A stretch of 64,000 bases of DNA, from positions 120,900,001 through 120,964,000 of the forward strand of contig NC_043000.1 of the NCBI RefSeq assembly GCF_006345805.1, written 5' to 3'. This document shows positions 1 to 13,931 of the stretch, one piece after another. The translations under genes and the position numbers were made by a program. The stretch is from Octopus sinensis. Lineage: Eukaryota. A model generated the notes under the pieces. The model worked only from the letters and a program-made list of their open reading frames with translations, was not told the DNA's origin and did no database searches. Every line of letters begins with the position of its first letter. The stretch's first letter is position 1.

Positions 1-782
1 CATATCAAATTTGAGCGCAATCGGATGGAGGATGCTCGAGACCCTAGAAGCCACACACACACACACACAGAACGGATTTTATATAAGTGATATGTACGTA
101 TGTATGTGTGTATGTATGTATACATTGCTATGTAAACAGACGTCGAGAATAAAATGCAAAGGTGATATTCACAGAACGTCATTAGGCACATTGATGACGT
201 TGATGTTTATAATGATGATGATGATGATGGTGACTACTATTACGACGGCAGCGTCGATATTGATTACGATGGCGACGAAGATAAATGATGAATTTAATGA
301 CTTTGATCGTTATTATCACACAGAGGATGACGCCGCAGGTGGCTATAAAGATAACACAAGCCCAAGACACTGATACCAAGGACGCTGATTAAGATAATGG
401 GGTTGAGGACAATGCTAATTACTCTTTCTTTAGCGATAAAAAGTGAGGATTGTTGAAGTCAGTTTTGGGTTTAGTGAGATGAAGTATGCAGTGCATGTCT
501 ATTGTTAAACACAGTTCTTCTTAGTACATTCTCACAAACATGGCTCTGCACTCAAAGAATGAGAATCACTTCATAAAGCTAGATTATGTTGTACAAATAT
601 CACTAAAAGCTAATTAAAAATTTTAATTAAGGATAAAAATGTGATATTCTGGATTCATGACATTTACTTTATGTGTATATATTTGTCTCTGGGAAAACTA
701 TATAAATATATGATATAATATAAGGTATATGAATCATGATTACATATATATATATATATATATATAATATATATACTCACAC

Positions 783-831
<49 letters not shown>

Positions 832-1010
832 TATATACATATATATATATATACATATATATATACACACATATGTATATATGTATATATATGTGTGCAT
901 GTAAATTTATATATGCATACGTATTTATTTATAACTAAACATGTATAAATTACACTTTTGTTTGTTCACAAAATCTAAATCTATACACACACACATACAT
1001 ATGTATCTGG

Positions 1011-1050
<40 letters not shown>

Positions 1051-1927
1051 ATGTGTGTTTACAAATATAGATTCATATACACACTCACATATATATATAT
1101 ATATGTATACATGTGTGTGTATGTGTGTGTGCATATGTGTATGTTTTTTTACGTTTATGCGACCGAGCTTATGGGAGAAATTCGTATCGCAACTTTGTGC
1201 TTCATGTTTGGTCCCACTGCCTGACATCTTGCGTCAATGTTCTGCAACCTAGACATGTGAAGGATATTTGGTGGGCGGAAATACCACATGTTCTTGTAAT
1301 TCATGTAACAACCAGTTCCTTGGGTGAGTGAGCGTCAAATTGATGATGCTTATTGTTGCATAGCTGTTTTGGACTGCTATTTTTTTTTTATATTTTGGTG
1401 AGTTTTGTCTCAGACATTTAATGCCAGCTACGCAAAGCACAAAATTTTCTGCACACATTTAGTAAAGCTGCGTAAACGCTTTATCATAACACATGTGGAA
1501 CTTAAAGGAAAATATATTATAACTACAGCCTGCGAAACATTAGACTACTGCCACTTAATGTATAAAATTAACATTGGACACTTATGACATTGGTGTTAAT
1601 TACGCACAATAACATACTCGTTCAACAGAAAAAAATTGGCATAGTAACATATTGCAGCAATGCGAATGTATGTGAATTTTTAAAAACATCTTTGAACTCC
1701 GAATAGCTATGGAATAGCAGAAGAAGAACTACAGGGTAACGTCAAAGGAAGAGTATATAAAATTAACTAAAATCTATAAAATTTGGGAATCTATATATAT
1801 ATATAACTGATAAAATATACACAGAAAACGGGTGCATTATAAATGCAGAATTCAAAGAAGTCATCAATATGCACAAGCGACACCAGACGGCTATAAAATC
1901 AAATAACCAGCAGCATAACATCTGTGT

Positions 1928-2135
1928 GCAGAAACATTAGCGCGCCGGGCAAAATGCTTAGCGGTATTTCGTCTGCCGTTACGTTCTGAGTTCAAATTCC
2001 GCCGAGGTCGACTTTGCCTTTCATCCTTTCGGGGTCGATAAAATAAGTACCAGTTACGTACTGTGATCGATGTAATCGACTTAATCCGTTTGTCTGCCCT
2101 CTCTGTGTTTAGCCCCTGTGGCTAGTAAAAAATAG
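1928..2135 (+). mobile_element. tRNA-derived SINE, family A
   Basis: A-box-like head, B box GAGTTCAAATTCC, core GCCGAGGTCGACTTTGCCTTTCATCCTTTCGGGGTCGATAAA; same sequence recurs at 7689, 61177 and in decayed copies. Confidence 0.85.
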
Positions 2136-2137
2136 GT

Positions 2138-2362
2138 TATTTCGCCTGCCGTTTCATTCTGAGTTCAAATTCCGCTGAGGTCGACTTTACCTTTCATCCC
2201 TTAGGGGTCGGTAAATTAAGTAAATGGTACTTAATTTATCGACCCTGAAAGGACGAAAGGCAAAGTCGACCTCGGCGGAATTTGAACTCAGAATGTAACG
2301 GCAGACGAAATACGGCTACGCATTTCGCCCGGCGTGTTATCGATTCTGTCCTGATCGCCGCC
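2138..2362. mobile_element. Two further family A SINE fragments, tail-to-tail (+ 2138-2222; - 2228-2362)
   Basis: Both match the family A core; the second is its reverse complement; 5-nt spacer AATGG. Confidence 0.85.
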
Positions 2363-2464
2363 GTAATGAAGCAAAAATGATAATAGAGAATCTATATAAT
2401 AATATTTTGTTCGTTTGCTCCTTATACATCAGTAAGTTAAGGCGGTGGAGGTGGAGTAAGATTC

Positions 2465-2502
<38 letters not shown>

Positions 2503-2594
2503 AGAGAAGGAGTGAGAAAAGAGAGGTAGAAGTGGAGAAAAGGGATTAACATTAATACACTTAGGCCAAGTAGTTACGTAGTCAGCTGAAGGTA

Positions 2595-2700
2595 AAGACG
2601 GGTCGAGGCTATAGAAGATGTTTTCCCAAGGTGACACACTGCGACTGTACCCGGAAACATATGGGTGGGAAACAAGTTCCTTACCAATTCGGCAGCCAAG
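2595..2700 (-). mobile_element. Decayed 5' part of a family B SINE
   Basis: Reverse complement TGGTAAGGAACTTGTTTCCCACCCATATGTTTCCGGGTACAGTCGCAGTGTGTCACCTTGGGAAAACATCTTCTATAGCCTC aligns with the family B head at 19529 and 39824. Confidence 0.7.
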
Positions 2701-3184
2701 CCTGCGCGTAAAGAAACGACGTCTCACCATTTATTAGGAAAAAATTCAACGATTCACTTCATCACTATGTGATTCACTCTGTAACTACAAAATTGTGCCC
2801 TTTCCAGAAAATCTGGGTGTGTGAGAGTTCTAAAGACAGGACATGGCTTGGGACAATAGACTCACTGCAAGACAGCTCTAACTATTTCAAGATGTGTTTT
2901 CGTGCTCCATTTTAAGAGGCGGATAATCTGATGATGGCTTCGTTCTTTCCACGTAAAAGTTGCTAATCTCTTCTGTATACGAGCGGCTTCTTTCTCTGCG
3001 ATACGTTTCTATTTTAGTTCTACTCGATTCGTCACCCTCTCACACGCAGGAAATTGGTTGTTGTTGGCTGTCTAGTAGTCATTAAGGAAACATTTTGAAG
3101 TTTAATTTTATAAATAAAATCGAGAAATTATCAAAGCCAGACCTATTGCAAACGATAAGACACCACTTATATTTAAGCACTTGG

Positions 3185-3198
3185 TCGATATATATATA

Positions 3199-3257
<59 letters not shown>

Positions 3258-3464
3258 ATATATATATGCATGCATACATGCATAATTTATATATGTATGT
3301 ATATATATTCATATATATACACACATATATATAGTTAGATAAGTATATATGTATATATATACATATATATATACACATATGTATATACATACATACATAC
3401 ATATACACACATAATTTATAACGATATATATATATATATATATATAATATATATATATATATAT

Positions 3465-3499
<35 letters not shown>

Positions 3500-3511
3500 G
3501 TGCATGCATAT

Positions 3512-3544
<33 letters not shown>

Positions 3545-3704
3545 GCATGCATACATGCATAAATTTATATATGTATGTATATATATCATATATATACACA
3601 CATAAATATAGTTAGATAAGTATATATGTATATATATACATATATATATATACATATATATATACATACATACATACATACATATACACACATAATTTAT
3701 AACG

Positions 3705-3738
<34 letters not shown>

Positions 3739-3830
3739 ATGTGTGTGTGTATATTTATTTATCTACTTGTGTGTGTGTGTCTCTCTCTCTATATATATGT
3801 ATGTATATGTATGTATATATCTGCATGACT
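3185..3830. repeat. (TA)n/(CATA)n microsatellite field with a ~279-bp tandem duplication
   Basis: Anchor TAGTTAGATAAG occurs at ~3331 and ~3610 with the same surrounding pattern. Confidence 0.8.
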
Positions 3831-4752
3831 TTTTAATAGACTAGACTGACATTTTATGATGTTAAACCGGTGGCAAATACTTTACATCGACAGAAAATAA
3901 AAGAACTTTCAAAGACTACATCCAACCATCAATAAATTAATTTACGTTGCCACACACCAGCACTTAATGCACCTGTCAAAAATATAATTTATCGACATAA
4001 GGTGAGTGTAATATAGATGTTTCTAAACCCATAACACAATCCATATAAGTTGATTTAGACGTTTATCTTGCGTGTCAATTTTAAGTCAATAATTTGCTTG
4101 TGATGAACGCCAGTCTTTCTTTTTAATTTAAATCTCTTCGCTGCTGCTGCTGCTGCTGTACTACTACTACTACTACTACTGCTATTGCTGCTGCTGCTGC
4201 GACTACTACTACTACTACTACCGACGTGGTTGCTGAAAATCTTCCGGCTTTAAAGGTGTCACGAAAGGTATGGTTAGAGGCCTAACCTTCCGCGTTCTTT
4301 TACAGAGCGTAGAAAAACCTGAAGGGCCACGTCGAAAAGTGTGTGAATCTGAGTGGGGAATTTATTCGATAAAATAATAATTAACTAATTGTCTGTTAAT
4401 GAAGATGAAGAGCTCCGCTCGGAATGTGAACTTGTCTTTTCTTTCCTTTCCTGAGTGTTCGATAACACAGTACTTGTACCACGTCCTCACGTTGTTGTTT
4501 CTTCTTGCTTGCTCTTGTTTGGATTGGCGATACATATATATGTATATATAATATATATATGTGTGTGTGTGTGTTTGTGTGTGCATGTGCGTGTGCGTAT
4601 ATATATATATATATATATATAAAGGGTAAAATTGATTAATCAATTTATAATTAATAATCTTACCAAGTAGTTCGGTATGTTAAAAGAATCATTATCAGTA
4701 AACTTATATAAAAATTATTATAATTATAAACATAATTATAATTAGAGCTGAG

Positions 4753-4978
4753 CAACTCACACAGGCAAAGAGGAAAAAATTAACGAATCCACCCGGATTT
4801 GATCAACTATCTACGCGTTTCTGATTTCTAGTGCTCTCAAATTTATAATTGAAATACTATAGTGATTAAAGAAATAAGGTATGAGTAATTTTTCCATATC
4901 TTTAATCCAGAAACGCGTATATAGTTAATCAAAACCGGGTGGATTCATTATTTTTTTCCTCTTTGCCTGTGTGAGTTG
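4753..4978. repeat. Inverted repeat, ~71-bp arms (4753-4823 / 4908-4978), likely a PLE terminal-repeat relic
   Basis: CAACTCACACAGGCAAAGAGG...TACGCGTTTCTG versus its reverse complement; adjacent to a PLE RT fragment. Confidence 0.75.
4856..4925 (+). ncRNA. Degenerate type I hammerhead-like motif
   Basis: Stem I ACTATA/TATAGT, core GTGATTA (2 mismatches to CTGANGA), internal stem AAGGTATG/CATATCTT, GAAAC-GC-GTA. Confidence 0.45.
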
Positions 4979-5022
4979 GGAGTATTGAGTCTGGGAGATA
5001 TCTTATGGTAGTAGAATGGTAT

Positions 5023-5400
5023 TTAACTGCTATTTCTAAATGTCGGTATGAAGTGCAGCAATTTAGTTACTCCTCTAAATTTAGCACTGATTTTTCGTAA
5101 AGTTTCTTTACTAATTATACCAATTTCTGATTTTGAAGGGTTAATTAATCTGCATTTAGGATTGGGTAGGATGTTCTTTTTATGGTCCTTGATATTTATA
5201 AAAGCTTCTTTTTTGAAATGATTTATATTTCTTTTACCTAATCTAAACCTAAAGGTGATGATATTCGCTTCTTTGTTAATGTCGTTATAAACTTGCGGTC
5301 TACCTTCAGTGTCATTACTAATAACATTGTAATGTACGAGTTGTGAGTATATGATGTTGTCTACAAGGTATAAGTTCTTGGTATCATCAGAGTGTTGATG
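5023..5400 (-). mobile_element. Penelope-like element RT N-terminal fragment
   Basis: AFINIKDHKKNILPNPKCRLINPSKSEIGIISKETL resembles the PLE K-x-H-K...P-x-R-x-I motif preceding the RT core; the ORF start comes from an adjacent SINE. Confidence 0.7.
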
Positions 5401-5625
5401 TATCTTAGTGTGTGTGTTTCTGTGTACCTGTGTTTGTCCCTCCTCAGCCACCGCTTGACAGCTTAGGTTGCTGTAAAACTTAGCGGTTCGGCCAAATGAA
5501 CTGCAAAAAATAAAAATAAGTATCAGACTTAAGAAATATACTAGGGTCGATTCATTCGACTAAAAATTCTTCAAGGCAGTGCCCCCGCATGGCCGTTGTC
5601 TAATGACCGAAACGAATAAAAGATA
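5400..5625 (+). mobile_element. 3' half of a family B SINE
   Basis: TGTGTTTGTCCC...CGCTTGACA...AACTTAGCGGTTCGGC...GGGTCGATTCATTCGACTAAA...GCATGGCC matches the family B tail. Confidence 0.75.
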
Positions 5626-6933
5626 GAAAATTGAAGATCGAAATATAATCATTTCTCAAAAGCGTATTTCTGTATATCGTAGACTCTATCAGAAAGAGGC
5701 AGCGCAACTGATTGACTAAATTTTCCTCAGAAAAGCATTACAGCCTTTGGCGCCAGCATTCACGCTGGATTATCTGTTGATTTTTTTAATGCTGTTATTG
5801 TAATAAACTCTGCTTCTCGAGGTTCGATAATATGGAGCGACATCCCCTCGAACGCCTCTCATTTAATCTTCTTTCCTACTACGCTTACCAATGATGTAAC
5901 TCAGAGACTTGTATCAGAGAATGAGAGAGAGAGACAGCGCAACTGACTGACAAAAGTTCCCTCACAAATGTATTGCAGCCTCTGGCTCTTCCCTTTATCT
6001 TTTCTAATGTTACTGCAATAAACTCTGCTTCTCGAGGTCCGATAATATCGAGCCAGATCCATTTGAACGCCCCTGGTTTAATCTTCTCTCCGACTACCCA
6101 TACCCGATAATGTAACTCCCGGGAACCTTATAATTGATTAAAGACAAGCCTTTTTTTCTCCTGGAACATCATATCAATAAAACTCCTTTACTGAACATGT
6201 ATTCCCTGAACAAACGATTTGAATGAATTTAAACGGAACGATAACGGCAGATCTTGCATGAATTCATAGCGAAATCTAACTGAAACAAAATCTTGTATGA
6301 AATTGCTGTAGGACACATTGTACGATCTAGCCACTGGCGTAGAAAAGTACGGAATTGTTATGGCTTAAAGGCCTCTGGGTACGATCCTAGAAAGATATAA
6401 CATTCTCGTCTTCAAGGTGTAAAAAAATAAAGAAGAAGCATACACACAGGTACACGTATATATTTCTATATCTTAACTTTTGCTTGTTTCAATCATTGGA
6501 CTACCACCATGTTGGGGCAACGCTATGAAAGTTTTAGAGGAGCAAATCAACCCCACTACTTATTTTAAATCTGTACATAACTAGAGATGACATTTGCCGA
6601 ACCGCTATATCGTAAGGATGCAAAAAACCCGATGGCGGTTCTAAAGCAGTGATGGTGGACAAGCATTAACGCGCACATTCATGCACATGTACGTATATAT
6701 GTATGTATGTGTGCGTGTGTGTGTGTATACTTATATATTTTCCTAAATTATTTGGTATAAATCAAATCGAGGATGCTTATTTCTTAGTATTTGAATTCTT
6801 TGAGTTATTTTCGCAATTTATTCAGTACAACCCTGAAACATACTTTGTATTGTTATTGGCTTAGAGAAACAGTTATGAGAACGGAACCACGGAATAAGCC
6901 CCGCTTTAAGAGAATTACCGGGTACGTCAGATA

Positions 6934-6995
<62 letters not shown>

Positions 6996-7688
6996 GCTTG
7001 CTTTAGAAGTACATACGTTGTCATATAATTATATAGTTTTGGCGCTGATAATATATATATAGATAGTAAACTTATTCTTTATTAGCGAAGGGAACAGTAT
7101 TAGCACAAAATAGCATATTCTTTAGCTTACACCAAGCTTAAGTACTTTAGGAAGCCAAAATAAAGCTGTATTTGTCTCGTGACATCATGTCTTATAGTTG
7201 TATAGTGCTAATAAGCGTAAAAATATATCGATTGTAGACTTGCACGCACACTTGCCCACACTTACATACTTGCATACTTGCATACAGGCATTCATTCTTG
7301 CATACATACATACATGCAAATATGCATGTTTTATACGGTAAAATTAACACAAATTTATGTCATTCGTAACGAAAGAAGACATCTCTCTCAACATGCTACC
7401 CTGAACTTTGCTGGCGCTAGATCTGCTGGGAATAGCAATACATATTTTTTTCTAATCACCGTCTACCACATTGAACAGGAAGATCAAAATACTGCATAAG
7501 AAGGTCCTTGTTCTAATGCTTCTGAAGTGGAAATGAGTTCGCCTCGAATGCCATACTTTCGATCAAACACATATTCGATCGACCACACTTGGGGCTATTA
7601 TTATAACACCATACCCCACCACCAACACCAGAAGCACGACCAATACAACGACTAGCTTACTTCTCTCGGCATGGGAACGATTGTTTAA

Positions 7689-7919
7689 GGCGGCGAGCTG
7701 GCAGAAACGTTAGCACGCCGGGCGAAATGCGTAGCGGTATTTTGTCTGTCGATACGTTCCGAGTTCAAATTCCGCCGAGGTCGACTTTGCCTTTCATCCT
7801 TTCGGGGTCGATAAATTAAGTACCAGTTACGCACTGGGGTCGATGTAATCGACTTAATACCTATGTCTGTCCTTGTTTGTCCCCTCTGTGTTTAGCCCCT
7901 TGTGGGTAGTAAAGAAATA
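7689..7919 (+). mobile_element. Full-length family A SINE
   Basis: GGCGGCGAGCTGGCAGAAACGTTAGC head through GTAAAGAAAT tail; B box GAGTTCAAATTCC. Confidence 0.9.
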
Positions 7920-9056
7920 TATCTTACTTCTCTTCCTCCTCGTCCACCTCCTCCGCATCTTCCCCCATCATCATCATTGGTAACCCTTATCATTCAACGT
8001 AGTGGAAGAAATTAAATGAGTGAGATATTACGTTGTACATATTTTGCATGCAGCGGAGATGAATAAAGTGTATATGCTAAAAACGCAATACATTGCTGCT
8101 ACGTTTTATTATTTATGTATGATGATATCTGTCATCTATTCCAACGTACCCCTTTTTATCCTTTCGATTTTTTCCTGTCAAGTTTTCAACGTATAAACTA
8201 CGTGTCTGTTAACTGAGATAGCTGATTAGATAACGTAGACGATATTCATTTGAAAGAGCGGAAGTCTCCGTTTTCATCTGCTCCATGTTGTATTTGTGAC
8301 CAAGATACATCAAAATGATGTGCAGAAGTATTACGCAAAAGCTGAATATATCTAACAGAAATGAAAACAAAAATATAAGAGAGTCGCTTTAAGTCTTATC
8401 AGTACTATGGTATTAAATCGTCGAGTTAGGAGAATCGTTAGCATATCGGAAAAATGCTTGGCGTTTTTTCTTCTGGCTCTATATTTTCTGAGATCTAATC
8501 TCACTGAGTTTTATTTTGCTTTTTATCCCTTTGAGGTCGATAAAATTAAGTATTAGTCAAGGACTAATATTAAAGTGACCAATTTGTCCTCATCCCTTAA
8601 ACTTGCTAACATTGAATCCCACAACAGATCGGCCTCCTGTTCAGAAGAATATTGCGACCCCAGTGACATATATCCAAAACGGTATCTGTGTACCTGGGTT
8701 TATGCTACAACTAAAAAAAAAAACGATTAAAAAGAAATACGCTGGTTCAATACCATCGTATAATTTTTTTCCATTGATTACAATGTTAGATAAAAGTCTA
8801 CTTGGATTTCACCTGTGAATCTACCTGTCTGCATTGAATGACACTTTACAGGTGTGGAGAAAATTTAGTGACAAAGATTTTGTTTCTTCGTTTTTTGGGG
8901 GGTGGGGGGTTGATTTTTGTTTTTTACTTTTTCTTTCAAAATCGAGAGCAGCAAAAAGTAAAGAAAAATTATATATATATAAATATAAATATATATTTTG
9001 AATATATATATATAATATATATTATATATGTATATATATATACATGTTTATACACA

Positions 9057-9221
<165 letters not shown>

Positions 9222-10119
9222 AAGGTAAAAATGCTGACCCAAAGATAAGCAACTGTGCTGTAGATCCTTGAGATTGTGAACCGGATTAATGTTTGCATTT
9301 TTCAGTAGATTGTATCACAGGGAAATATAAATTTTCATCGTTCAATTTTTACTGTCTTCAAACTAGAACTCTGCCGTGTCATACCATACTAGACTAAACT
9401 ATCTCGTCTGCATCTTTAATATCTTCACATAGTGAACAGTCATTTACAGATAAATAGCAATGTTTTTTTTTTCTGCACACTGCGAGTAGTTTTCCCCCCT
9501 CGCCAATTTAATAGCGCCAGTTTATATCAAAAGACATGTGATTGATAATTGTCATCAAAATGTTCAAAATTAACTTCAAAATCGACCAAACTACGATCAT
9601 ATCTATTTCCCATTAGATATATTTATATATATATATTTTCTTTACTTTTTGTTGTTCTCGATTTTGAAAGAAAAAGCAAAAATACAAAAACAAAACAAAA
9701 CAAAAAACAAAATAAACAAACGAACAAACAAAAACTTTGTCACTAAATTTTCTCCACACCTGTAAAGTGTCATTCAATGTAGACAGGTAGATTCACAGGC
9801 GAAATCCAGTTCGTTAGTGCATGCAAAATTTTTCTCTAATTATTTCAGAATTGGAATCGCAATCGTTTCTTCTGCTAATTCCAAAGGAAGGTCTCTATCA
9901 TTCATCGCCTCCGACAATGTATCTCGATTTTCTCATTGTTCTATATTTCAAAATGATAGATGTTCAATAAATGTATGTCATTAAAATGCCATGAAATTCA
10001 TTTTACCATACGAGCAGATATATCTCCTCAGTTTCTAGAATTTAGACATTCACAAAGAAATAAGCAGAAACAATATTTCATTTATTTATGTTTTGATTTT
10101 CTCTAGTTTCAGCACACAA

Positions 10120-10510
10120 GCTGTGGCCATGTTGGGACAACGCCATTTGATGTTGCTACATATTTTTACTTCACGAATGCTTTTTAGCAATTGACATTTG
10201 GTGCATGAGAGAGCTTGATGCAGCTGCCCCGATCTGCACCTCCTGCCGCGAAGTTGGTTCATCTGGGACACCTGGCAGGAAGAGGTCCAGCTTTATTTTG
10301 AAGATACCTACATCCACCCATGCAGGTCTCTCAGGTCCTTCAGGAGGATATTGAAGAGGTGTGGAACCGTGAAGCCCAGGCTATTGCCGTATCTTGTCCT
10401 ACATCTTGATGGCTAATTTGGAGTCCTTGGCACTATGAAGTGAGGCCCAGTTCTAGTATTTGTGTAACTCTCGATGCCAAAGTTTGGGACAAGCCCTTCC
10501 ACAATAGGAT
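10120..10510 (-). mobile_element. CR1-type LINE ORF2 C-terminal fragment (different family from the 47-51 kb copy)
   Basis: Minus strand reads TRYGNSLGF..HLFNILLKDLRDLHGVDVGIFKIKLDLFLPGVPDEP, homologous to HNYFTSIGPALFNI...KFKKSLDKFLQTVPDKP in the full-length copy. Confidence 0.75.
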
Positions 10511-10843
10511 ATGAATAACAAGTTCTTCTTTGACTAATTGATTTACCATAACGGTGTTGCCATAAATTTAATATGCATAGGTTTTTTTTGTAGGAATGTT
10601 TTTGGTTTTATCTACTACAGTTCAGAATATCAATTTCCTAATTTATATATATATATATATATATATACGTTTAAATATTGGTTGTGCAAGATTTTTTATG
10701 TGAAGTCGTGTGTTGAAACAGATATTGTTGTATTTAGGAATGGTCATTGTGCCAGTTTAGCCAATAAAAACACACGCACTATATATTTGATGTTATTTTG
10801 CTTCAGTGTTATTTATTTTTTACATTAATCTTAATCTTATTTC

Positions 10844-10888
10844 GGCCAGAGTTCTTTCGTCACACTCCTGTGACTGCATCAGTGGTCC
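10844..10888 (-). ncRNA. Variant minimal type I hammerhead in the inverted PLE repeat
   Basis: GGACCA-CTGATGCA-GTCAC(AGGAGT)GTGAC-GAAAG-AA-CTC-TGGCC: stem I with one bulge, 5-bp stem II, intact GAAA, core CTGATGC instead of CTGATGA. Confidence 0.65.
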
Positions 10889-11119
10889 TTTGTTTCCTTC
10901 TTACTTATTTGTGTCTCTCCTTACTAACCGTCAGCCATTTTGTATTTCTATTGTATGTCTTCATTTGCGCATGCTTATATTTCTATGTGCGTTTATGTTT
11001 ATTTAGTGTGTGTATGTGGGGGATGCCTGTAATATTTGTATCTTCTGTTTATATATGTTCACGTAATTTGTAATTTTATATGTTCCTGTAATTTTATATG
11101 TTCATGTAATACTGAAAAC

Positions 11120-12613
11120 TTAGATAAACATAATCTTAGTAGTTTCTGCCCCAGTAGATGTTTAAGAGGTAGACCGCCCACAATTACTTCTATGGCTAGG
11201 AAGACACATATAGAAAGATGGAACGGATGGACCAGAGCCATACGGAGCCCCGCAAATGTCCATCAGATAAATAAAATGATCGCACATGCACTAGGGGCTA
11301 GTATAAGAATTACCCTAAAAGACAACACGTTTAAGTTTAATAATAAAATATATGCCCAGGACGAGGGGGCAGCCATCGGCGTTAGTATCGCTGGTGATGT
11401 GGCCAACCTTTTCATGGTATGGTGGGACAGAAGGCTTAAAGAACGCCTAACACAGAACTCCATACTCGTAAACAAGTACTCTCGCTATGTTGATGATATC
11501 AACATAGTGGTAAAGGCACCCCCAAGAAAGTAATGTTGATATAGTAATAGAAACTATACTATGGAGAGCATCCAGCAATAGCTAACTCCATCCACCAGAG
11601 TTAAGGTCACAATAGACTACCCCACTAAACACCCCAACCATAGACTACCAGTACTAGACACCGAACTCTGGCTAGAAATTGTGAATAATAAAACCCAAAT
11701 CCTTCATTCATACTATGCCAAACCTATGCCTCAAAATACTTGATCCCCGGAACTCAGCCATTGCGGACAATGCCAAATTCAATATTTTGATGGCAGACCT
11801 CGTCAGAATAATGAGAAATGGTGTCATGCATGTGCAAGCCCACAGAGTTAAAGAGACACATACAATATTTCCATCACCGCATGCAGTTCTCAGGTTACAG
11901 CCATAAAGAAAGGATCAGAGTATACAAAGGAGCCATTAGAAATTTGATAATATATTATGTAATGATAGGAATGGTATTTGCCCACTCTATAGGAACAAGT
12001 CATGGACACTATAGAAAGGACAAAAAAGAAAAGAGGGAAGGCCAACTCTTGGTATGATAGCCATAAATACCAGAGTGTCATGTTCTTGGACACCACCCCT
12101 GGAGGTGAACTGGCGTATCGCTTTAGAAGGACCCTAGACAAACTTAAGCTAAGAATTAAGGTTGTTGAAAAGCCAGGCAACCCTATCGAAACTATAATTG
12201 GTAGAACATATCCTTTTAGTAGAACCCCCTGTACGGATAAATACTGTACTGTATGTAGATTTAGCCCACAAACAAACTGTAAAGCCAGAAATGTAGTCTA
12301 TAGTATAATATGTATAGAGGGACGATGCAGTAACAAGACAAAGACATGCGTAGGGGAAACGGCAAGAAGCATAGGAGAGCAGGTATGTGAGCATTGGAGA
12401 CAATTCAAGGAAGGTAAAAGCTCATCGATTATATACCAACGCGCCGAACAAGAATACGGGGGACCAATCAAAAACATAGAAATTAAAATATTATCCACAC
12501 ATAGAACAGATGCAACAATTAGACAAATTACAGAAGCTACACACATAATAGAAAATAAACCTAGCCTGAATAGAAAACTAGAATGGAGCACTAACACACA
12601 CGACAACATATGA
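11120..12613 (+). pseudogene. PLE RT + GIY-YIG endonuclease remnant (frameshifted, stops)
   Basis: YAQDEGAAIGVSIAGDVANLFMVWWD, YSRYVDDI, LPVLD, HSYYAKPM, Cys-rich linker PCTDKYCTVC...NC, VVYSIIC...CVGETARSIGEQVCEH, KPSLN; WWD and the Cys linker recall Naiad-type PLEs (inference). Confidence 0.9.
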
Positions 12614-12673
12614 CGATAGAGGATCCTGAAAACAATAAATACACAGATAAATAAATAAACTAATAAAAGTAAA

Positions 12674-12717
<44 letters not shown>

Positions 12718-12736
12718 TATGTATATATATATATAG

Positions 12737-12774
<38 letters not shown>

Positions 12775-13050
12775 TTCGATTCAATTTATTATTATTATTA
12801 CTAGCATTGTAGTTATACATACATACATACATACATACAAGCATATGTAATGATAATAATGGGTGGATGTAAACACATGAACATATATAAACAGAAGATA
12901 CAAATATTACAGGCATCCCCCACATACACACACTAAATAAACATAAACGCACATAGAGATATAAGCATGCGCAAATGAAGACATACAATAGAAATACAAA
13001 ATGGCTGACGGTTAGTAAGGAGAGACACAAATAAGTAAGAAGAAAACAAA

Positions 13051-13095
13051 GGACCACTGATGCGGTCACAGGAGTGTGACGAGAGAACTCTGGCC
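13051..13095 (+). ncRNA. Hammerhead variant in PLE tandem repeat 1 (GAAA changed to GAGA)
   Basis: GGACCACTGATGCGGTCACAGGAGTGTGACGAGAGAACTCTGGCC. Confidence 0.55.
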
Positions 13096-13267
13096 GAAAT
13101 AAGATTAAGATTAATGTAAAAAATAAATAACACTGAAGCAAAGTAACACCAAATATATAGTGCGTGTGTTTTTATTGGCTAAACTGGCAAAATGACCATT
13201 CCTAAATACAACAATATATATATTATATATATATATATTTATATATATATATATTATATATATATAT

Positions 13268-13324
<57 letters not shown>

Positions 13325-13632
13325 CATATATATATATATATTATATATATATATATATTCGATTCAATTTATTATTATTATTACTAGCATTGTAGTTATA
13401 CATACATACATACATACATACAAGCATATGTAATGATAATAATGGGTGGATGTAAACACATGAACATATATAAACAGAAGATACAAATATTACAGGCATC
13501 CCCCACATACACACACTAAATAACATAAACGCACATAGAGATATAAGCATGCGCAAATGAAGACATACAATAGAAATACAAAATGGCTGACGGTTAGTAA
13601 GGAGAGACACAAATAAGTAAGAAGAAAACAAA

Positions 13633-13677
13633 GGACCACTGATGCGGTCACAGGAGTGTGACGAGAGAACTCTGGCC
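13633..13677 (+). ncRNA. Hammerhead variant in PLE tandem repeat 2
   Basis: Identical to the 13051 copy, 582 bp downstream. Confidence 0.55.
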
Positions 13678-13794
13678 GAAATAAGATTAAGATTAATGTA
13701 AAAAATAAATAACACTGAAGCAAAGTAACACCAAATATATAGTGCGTGTGTTTTTATGGCTAAACTGGCAAAATGACCATTCCTAAATACAACA

Positions 13795-13931
<137 letters not shown>

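Noticed and set aside
11-379. 120-aa and 65-aa ORFs at the window start
   Set aside because: Built from (CA)n, (TATG)n and cryptic (GAT)n repeats.
2437-2730. MVRRRFFTRRLGC... as a first coding exon
   Set aside because: The DNA aligns with the family B SINE head and runs into a (GA)n tract.
2928-2970. CTGATGA as a hammerhead core (also 17246, 18106, 42584, 5384)
   Set aside because: No stem II followed by GAAA and no stem I partner.
7689-7780. tRNA genes at SINE heads (also 19529, 30411, 39824)
   Set aside because: A and B boxes are present but no full cloverleaf, and each continues into a SINE body.
12230-12330. Selenocysteine recoding, as reported for some Naiad PLEs
   Set aside because: The Cys-rich linker uses ordinary Cys codons here and I saw no SECIS-like element.
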